From Bacteroidia bacterium (GTDB taxonomy: Bacteria > Bacteroidota > Bacteroidia > UBA8524): DNA of 64,000 nucleotides. Below, piece after piece: positions 58,903-64,000 of the stretch (the stretch's first letter is position 1; every line of letters starts with the position of its first letter). The translations under genes and the position numbers were made by a program. The notes beneath the pieces were generated by a model that was not told the DNA's origin, searched no databases, and worked only from the letters and a program-made list of their open reading frames with translations. Location: positions 78,598 through 142,597 of the forward strand of contig JBBKVO010000017.1 of assembly GCA_037968475.1 (NCBI GenBank). The letters run 5' to 3'.

Positions 58903-59817
58903 TTATAAATTGAAGCGAATACCGTAATAAAACTCTTGGTACTGCTGCAAAAAGTCGAGCCCTCTACCATTGCTATTATTATAGCCTGCAAAAACACTTA
59001 AATTGTTTTTGTTTTTAGGGTGGGCTAAAAACAGCCCAAGCTCATACCGTCTATAAATAAAAGGTTGCTTGTTCCAAAATGAGCGATAGGGGCTGGTTAC
59101 GCCAACAAAATCATTCAATACCTGCTCGTAAAAAGTATGCAGGTAAAACAGGTGGTTTTGTTTTTTAGCAATTTTATACTGTATACCTATTTCAACAGCG
59201 TAAGCACTTTTTTGTTGGCGTATAGCAGTGGGTAATATAGGTTTTGAGAAGTAGCGAGCAGTTAATGCTCCATATATTTTCAGTCTTGTTTCGGGTATGC
59301 TGTACTCATCTTTCACCTCAAACCCTATAAATTCAAACGAGCGAGCCGATGCATAATCAAAATAAAATGCAGGTTTTAAAAACTGATCCGAAAAGGTATA
59401 CAAATCGGTAACGTGTTGGCTTTCATGGTGTAGCAAGGCCGTTAATGAAAAGGTATGTTGGGTGTTATTTTTAAAAGGAAAAAATTTAATATCAAAACCT
59501 AAGTGCCCCCGCCACATTTGCCACGACATTAATTGATTATCAGAAATATCGTGCAGATTAATAAACCCTGCCATAGAAAGCGATAGGTATTTTTTTGGAG
59601 TAGAATATCCCACCAACGGTATGGTAGCCCCTACTGTGTTATCCCAACGGTATCCTGTGCGCATTAGTTTTACACAAGCAAAATCAGGATTTATACTTAG
59701 TTGTCTTTGATATTGTTGGGGCAGAAATGTAACTTTTAAACTATCGGTTTGTGAATAAGAATACGTAGTACTTATTATGCACAACAGCGCACATAGCTTT
59801 GTTTTCATATATGCCAT
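58903..59817 (-). CDS. Hypothetical outer-membrane-type protein with a signal peptide.
   Basis: MKTKLCALLCIISTTYSYSQ signal; aromatic/Gly-rich body ending in ..GIRFNL. Confidence 0.45.
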   Translation of the reverse strand: MAYMKTKLCALLCIISTTYSYSQTDSLKVTFLPQQYQRQLSINPDFACVKLMRTGYRWDNTVGATIPLVGYSTPKKYLSLSMAGFINLHDISDNQLMSWQMWRGHLGFDIKFFPFKNNTQHTFSLTALLHHESQHVTDLYTFSDQFLKPAFYFDYASARSFEFIGFEVKDEYSIPETRLKIYGALTARYFSKPILPTAIRQQKSAYAVEIGIQYKIAKKQNHLFYLHTFYEQVLNDFVGVTSPYRSFWNKQPFIYRRYELGLFLAHPKNKNNLSVFAGYNNSNGRGLDFLQQYQEFYYGIRFNL

Positions 59818-59844
59818 AAACGATGTTCGACGGCAAAAAATTGC

Positions 59845-61011
59845 CTACTCAACCCAAAGCAGTAGCCCTTTTAGGTATTCGCCTTCAGGGTGAAAGATAT
59901 TTACAGGATGGTCGGGTGTTTGAGACAGGTATTGCAATATGCGTACATTTCTGCGTGCATCGGCAGCAGCTCCGAACACTATTTTCTGAAAAAGTGATTT
60001 GTCGATATTTTGAGAGCAAGAGAAAGTGAAGATTAAACCTCCTGCTTTTATTTTTTTTATAGCTACCATGTTTAGTTCTTTATAGCCGCGTGTGGCGTTG
60101 GGAACTGAACGGGCATTTTTGGCAAATGCGGGAGGGTCTAAAACTATTATATCGTATTCTTCTTGGGTGTGCTTTAAATACTCAAAACAATCCATAGCAA
60201 ATGATTGGTGTGCACCTTTACCACTATTTTGAGCTACGTTAGCATCACACTGGGTAATAGCATCTTTTGATATATCAACTGAATGGACTTGGGTGGCACC
60301 ACCTGCCAAAGCATACACACTAAAACCTCCTGAATAGCTAAAGGTGTTTAGTATTTTTTTGCCGTTGGCAAAACCTTTAAGCAATTCGCGGTTATCGCGT
60401 TGGTCAATAAAAAATCCTGTTTTTTGACCTGTTTCTACATCAATAAAAAACTTTTGTCCGTTTTCCATTGCCAATAGTGGCATTGGTTTGGGTTCAGTAC
60501 GCCAGTTTTGGGCATTTATGCCTTCAAGTACTTGCGAGCTGCTTTTTGTTTTTAGGTAAATGTGCTTATAACCTAAACGCAAAAACTCGGCTTCTATAAT
60601 GGGTAATAGTTGTTCAGTGCCTTTTATAAGTATTTGGGCAACAATGGTATCGTTATATACATCGGCTATTATACCAGGGAAAAAATCACCTTCGGCGTGC
60701 AGTAGTCGGTAACAGTTGGTGTGGCTAAAATCAATAATTCTTTGACGTAGCTTGTATGCGTTTTCTATTTTTGTGCGCCAGTATTCTTCGTCTATTTCAA
60801 CAGGTGTTTGGCTAAACTCGAACAAGCGGCAGCATATTTGGCTGTTGGGGTTGTAAAAGCCATAACCAAGCAATCCTTTTTCATTACTAACTACTTGTAC
60901 TATTTCGCCATTTTCAGCATCAGGAAATTGCTGCACAGCACCTGTAAACAACCACGGGTGGCGGTTAATAAGTGCGCGTTCTTTTTTTGGCTTTAGTAGT
61001 ATAGTTTGCAT
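59845..61011 (-). CDS. rlmI: 23S rRNA (cytosine-C5) methyltransferase RlmI-like (PUA plus class I MTase).
   Basis: N-terminal KPKKERALINRHPWLFTGAV (PUA-like); the C-terminal DPPAF motif is typical of the RlmI/RlmL family. Confidence 0.75.
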   Translation of the reverse strand: MQTILLKPKKERALINRHPWLFTGAVQQFPDAENGEIVQVVSNEKGLLGYGFYNPNSQICCRLFEFSQTPVEIDEEYWRTKIENAYKLRQRIIDFSHTNCYRLLHAEGDFFPGIIADVYNDTIVAQILIKGTEQLLPIIEAEFLRLGYKHIYLKTKSSSQVLEGINAQNWRTEPKPMPLLAMENGQKFFIDVETGQKTGFFIDQRDNRELLKGFANGKKILNTFSYSGGFSVYALAGGATQVHSVDISKDAITQCDANVAQNSGKGAHQSFAMDCFEYLKHTQEEYDIIVLDPPAFAKNARSVPNATRGYKELNMVAIKKIKAGGLIFTFSCSQNIDKSLFQKIVFGAAADARRNVRILQYLSQTPDHPVNIFHPEGEYLKGLLLWVE

Positions 61012-61060
61012 GGCAAAGGTTTGGCAAAATAAAGCTTATGCTACAAGTAGCAAGGCTGCT

Positions 61061-61369
61061 TTATTGTTGAGCTTCTTTTTTAAATAGTAAGGCATCAGCT
61101 ACAAAAGTGCCGGCAGGTAGTATAGAGGCAACAAGAGCCAATAAGGTTTTTTTCATACCCCAGCCCAGTTCTACTTTTACTTGTAAAACACCCAAAAGGT
61201 ATAGTATAAACAAAATACCATGCGCCATACCCACTCCTTGTACAGCCTCCGGCATTTTCCAGATATATTTTAGCGGCATAGCTATAAGTAGTAGTACAAG
61301 AAAAGATATACCTTCTAAAAAGCCTACAATACGTAAGCGGCCTAGTGCAGTGGTGAGGCGAATTTTCAT
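61061..61369 (-). CDS. DUF3817-family small membrane protein.
   Basis: LRIVGFLEGISFLVLLLIAMPLKY pattern; two to three TM helices. Confidence 0.55.
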   Translation of the reverse strand: MKIRLTTALGRLRIVGFLEGISFLVLLLIAMPLKYIWKMPEAVQGVGMAHGILFILYLLGVLQVKVELGWGMKKTLLALVASILPAGTFVADALLFKKEAQQ

Positions 61370-63261
61370 TATTTCTTTTTAGTGGGTTTAGCTGAGCCTG
61401 CATCAAGACCACGTTTTTTGGCCATATCCTCCAAACGTTGTTGGAATGACGATTTTTTAACGGGCTTTTTCTTGTTCTCTTGTATTTTACGGTGCAGCGC
61501 ATCTTCATCAACAAAACTGCGTATTAAGAATTGTTGACCTATTGATACTACGTTGGTAAGAAAATAGTAATAGGTTAAGCCCGCTGCATAGTTGTTAAAG
61601 AAACCTAAGAAGAATATTGGCATGATATAGCCAATGTATTTCATTTGGCCTGTAGCACCTGTAAGTTGATTGTTTAGTAGGGTATAAATAAGCGTGGTAA
61701 CCGTCATTAGTATGGTAAACAAACTAACGTGGTCGCCATATATAGTACTAATTAAAGGCACATTTCCAAAAGTCCAAATGCTATCAAATGTACTTAAATC
61801 GCTTGCCCAAAGGAAACTTTGCTGCCTTAGCTCGATAGAGGAGGGGAAGAACTGGAACATAGCAATAAGAAAAGGCATTTGTATAAGCAATGGTAAACAG
61901 CCTCCTAATGGAGATACGCCAGCTTTTTTAAACAGAGCCATTTGCTCTTGTTGGAATTTTTGAAGATTCTCGCCGTGTTTCGCTTTTAGCTCGTCAATCT
62001 CAGGTTTCAAAATTCTCATTTTGGCCGATGACAAGTACGATTTGTATACCAAACCAAACAGCAAACCTTTAATAATAATGGTCATTAACAAAATAATGAT
62101 ACCAAAATTGCCGGTTAGCTTGCTTAGGTATTTAAAAATAGGCAAAATCATGCCTTTGTTTATCCACCCAAAAACGCCCCAGCCCATGTTTACCAGCCTA
62201 TCCATATCCATACCTACTTCTTTAAGTTCGTGGTATTTATTGGGGCCGAAATAAAACTTCATGGGTATGGTAGCATCATCAATAAGTGCTGCTGCTACTA
62301 TGGTATTGGTTTTTAAAGTTTTTACATAGTTAGGGTCGGCGTTAGCTTCAGTAACTAAACTTGTTCCTGTAAAACCTTCAGGGTCTAGCGATACAAGAGT
62401 TGAGTTAAAGAACTTTTGTTTGAAAGATATCCATTGCAAACCACCTACGGGTTTTTCCTCTTCATAAGAGGTTTCGCCAATATTATCTACTGATTCATCC
62501 AAGCCCCTATAGTATATTGTTGATGTTTTTTCTTCACTTTCAAGCGAAGGTTCTTGCAAAGGCAGTGTTATCTTCCAATCTACCGACATAAAATTGTTGT
62601 TTTGATTCAACAACTTGTTAATGCCTTTTAGGCGAATAGTATAGTACAGCTCGTAGCTATTGGGTTTAAGCCAATACACTTGCTCAAAATATTGGTCGTT
62701 GTTAAACGCTGCTTTTAGTGATAGCACCCCCGAATCTTTAGATACTTTAACATCTTTTGCTGATGGTGTAAAGTATAAACGTGAAGTAGAATCGGTATAT
62801 CCTTCGGCAGTGATAAAGCTAATATTAAACCTGCTTTCTTTTCCTTCAAACAAAAGCAAAGGTTGTTTTTCTGTTTCTCCTTCACGCAAAGCTCTTTTGT
62901 AGTTTTTAAGTTCTACAGAGTATGGATGCCCGCCTTTGGTAGAGAATTTTACTTTTATAAGATCATTCTCAAGCGATACTATTTCTTCTTCACCTTGTGC
63001 AAACTGAGCAAAAGCACCAGAAGGGCGAACAGCAGGAACTACTATTTGGCCGCTATCGGTTGTAATAGTTTGTGCACTATCGGCAACAGCAGGTACAGTT
63101 GTTGCTTTAACTGTGTCGGCCATGCTTTTATATGCGTTTGCAATAGAGTCTTGCTTTCTTTTTTGCGCCTCAATCTCGCCTACATTATCTTGGGTAAGAA
63201 AAAAATACCCAACCATAATTATCATTATCAGCGATAAACCTATTATCGAATTTCTATCCAT
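61369..63261 (-). CDS. yidC: Membrane protein insertase YidC (long Bacteroidetes form).
   Basis: N-terminal TM, large periplasmic domain, and a C-terminal five-TM insertase core (..GWGVFGWINKGMILPIFKYL.., ..GCLPLLIQMPFLIAMF..). Confidence 0.85.
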   Translation of the reverse strand: MDRNSIIGLSLIMIIMVGYFFLTQDNVGEIEAQKRKQDSIANAYKSMADTVKATTVPAVADSAQTITTDSGQIVVPAVRPSGAFAQFAQGEEEIVSLENDLIKVKFSTKGGHPYSVELKNYKRALREGETEKQPLLLFEGKESRFNISFITAEGYTDSTSRLYFTPSAKDVKVSKDSGVLSLKAAFNNDQYFEQVYWLKPNSYELYYTIRLKGINKLLNQNNNFMSVDWKITLPLQEPSLESEEKTSTIYYRGLDESVDNIGETSYEEEKPVGGLQWISFKQKFFNSTLVSLDPEGFTGTSLVTEANADPNYVKTLKTNTIVAAALIDDATIPMKFYFGPNKYHELKEVGMDMDRLVNMGWGVFGWINKGMILPIFKYLSKLTGNFGIIILLMTIIIKGLLFGLVYKSYLSSAKMRILKPEIDELKAKHGENLQKFQQEQMALFKKAGVSPLGGCLPLLIQMPFLIAMFQFFPSSIELRQQSFLWASDLSTFDSIWTFGNVPLISTIYGDHVSLFTILMTVTTLIYTLLNNQLTGATGQMKYIGYIMPIFFLGFFNNYAAGLTYYYFLTNVVSIGQQFLIRSFVDEDALHRKIQENKKKPVKKSSFQQRLEDMAKKRGLDAGSAKPTKKK

Positions 63262-63409
63262 TGGTCTTTTTTAATCGAGGCGCAAAGGTATTGTTTTTTG
63301 TAAAAGATGGGGTGCTTTTAACTATAAAATAATAGCCGTTGTTTATGCACTTTGTATAATAGTTTGGTGGGGATGCTTCAAAATGTATATTTTTATATTT
63401 TAGTATGCA

Positions 63410-64000
63410 TAGTTGGCAAAAATATTTTCTTCTATTACTACTGCTTCAAGGTAGTTTGGGCTTGTTTGCGCAAGACTGTGAATGGCTTGATTTGATTGGT
63501 GAAGAATCTAAGTCGACCGTATTTGGCTATGGAATTACTTCATATAAAGACGAGATTATAGCCATAGGAAAATTTCAGGACAGTGTGGAAATAAATAATA
63601 CTGTATACAAAGTTCAGGGAAAGTACAGTACAGCAGGTTATGTGATTAAATATAAGCCCGATAGCACAATTTTATGGTCTAAGTATTTCTATAGTACCAA
63701 TAATGGTAGGTCAAATTTGGAGTTTTTAGATGTAGAAACCGATGCAAACGGTAATATTTTTATTTCAGGTACTGTTAATGGAACAGCAGATTTTGGGAAC
63801 GGTGTAATCATTTCTACACCATCTGTTACATCTCATATTGAAAGTTTTATACTGAAACTTGATTCTAATGGAAAAGCTAAATGGGCAACTACAATACGCA
63901 CTGTTACCACAGGTAGTTTTCTTAATGATTTATCCATTACCGTAGATAACAATGGCGATGTAATAGCAGGGATAATGTTTACTAATGATATTACATTTAC
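63410..64000 (+). CDS. Partial secreted hypothetical protein (continues past the window end).
   Basis: ATG at 63410 and signal peptide MHSWQKYFLLLLLLQGSLGLFAQ; the ORF is open to position 64000. Confidence 0.4.

Overview
This 64 kb window is a low-GC Bacteroidetes-type chromosomal segment. The phylum call rests on several T9SS C-terminal sorting domains, a BatA-like N-terminal double-TM protein, a long Bacteroidetes-style YidC and an SprB/PKD-type giant adhesin. The left ~19 kb looks accessory, and I think it contains the novel system this window was flagged for.

- 1..5933 (-): a partial giant PKD-repeat adhesin gene. It has a non-ATG start and an internal ~0.8 kb duplication.
- 6233..14064 (-): a co-directional cluster. 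It starts with a tight three-gene cassette: a TIR-domain protein, an 886-aa helical protein with a degenerate P-loop, and a porin-like OMP. Next come a DUF-like small protein, a DEDD 3'-5' exonuclease, two small secreted Cys-motif proteins (one with SH3b), and a second TIR protein carrying a transmembrane helix. A LytTR response regulator and a divergent TPR histidine kinase sit immediately upstream.
- 16033..19540: small secreted proteins, a RadC/JAB gene and two ~0.5-1 kb non-coding stretches, which suggest a mobile-element remnant.
- 19739 onward: mostly housekeeping. Calls include SUI1, YegS-like kinase, murB, GT9, BatA-like, dihydroorotase, queA, peroxiredoxin, K+ channel, AMP-binding enzyme plus GNAT, GT4, RidA, PLD/cardiolipin synthase, crotonase, ZIP, PAP2, methyltransferases, rfbC, TDO, SDR, epimerase, CPBP, TauE, pth, LolE-like, rbfA, a T9SS metalloprotease, rlmI and yidC.

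Non-coding highlights:
- A ~246-bp direct duplication that re-creates the queA 3' end, containing an array of four related stem-loops.
- A modular dispersed intergenic repeat family, with copies near 36.1-36.4 kb, 39.5 kb, 42.0 kb and 57.7 kb.
- Two near-perfect 48-bp palindromes with shared arms.

No rRNA, tRNA or CRISPR array was detected by eye.
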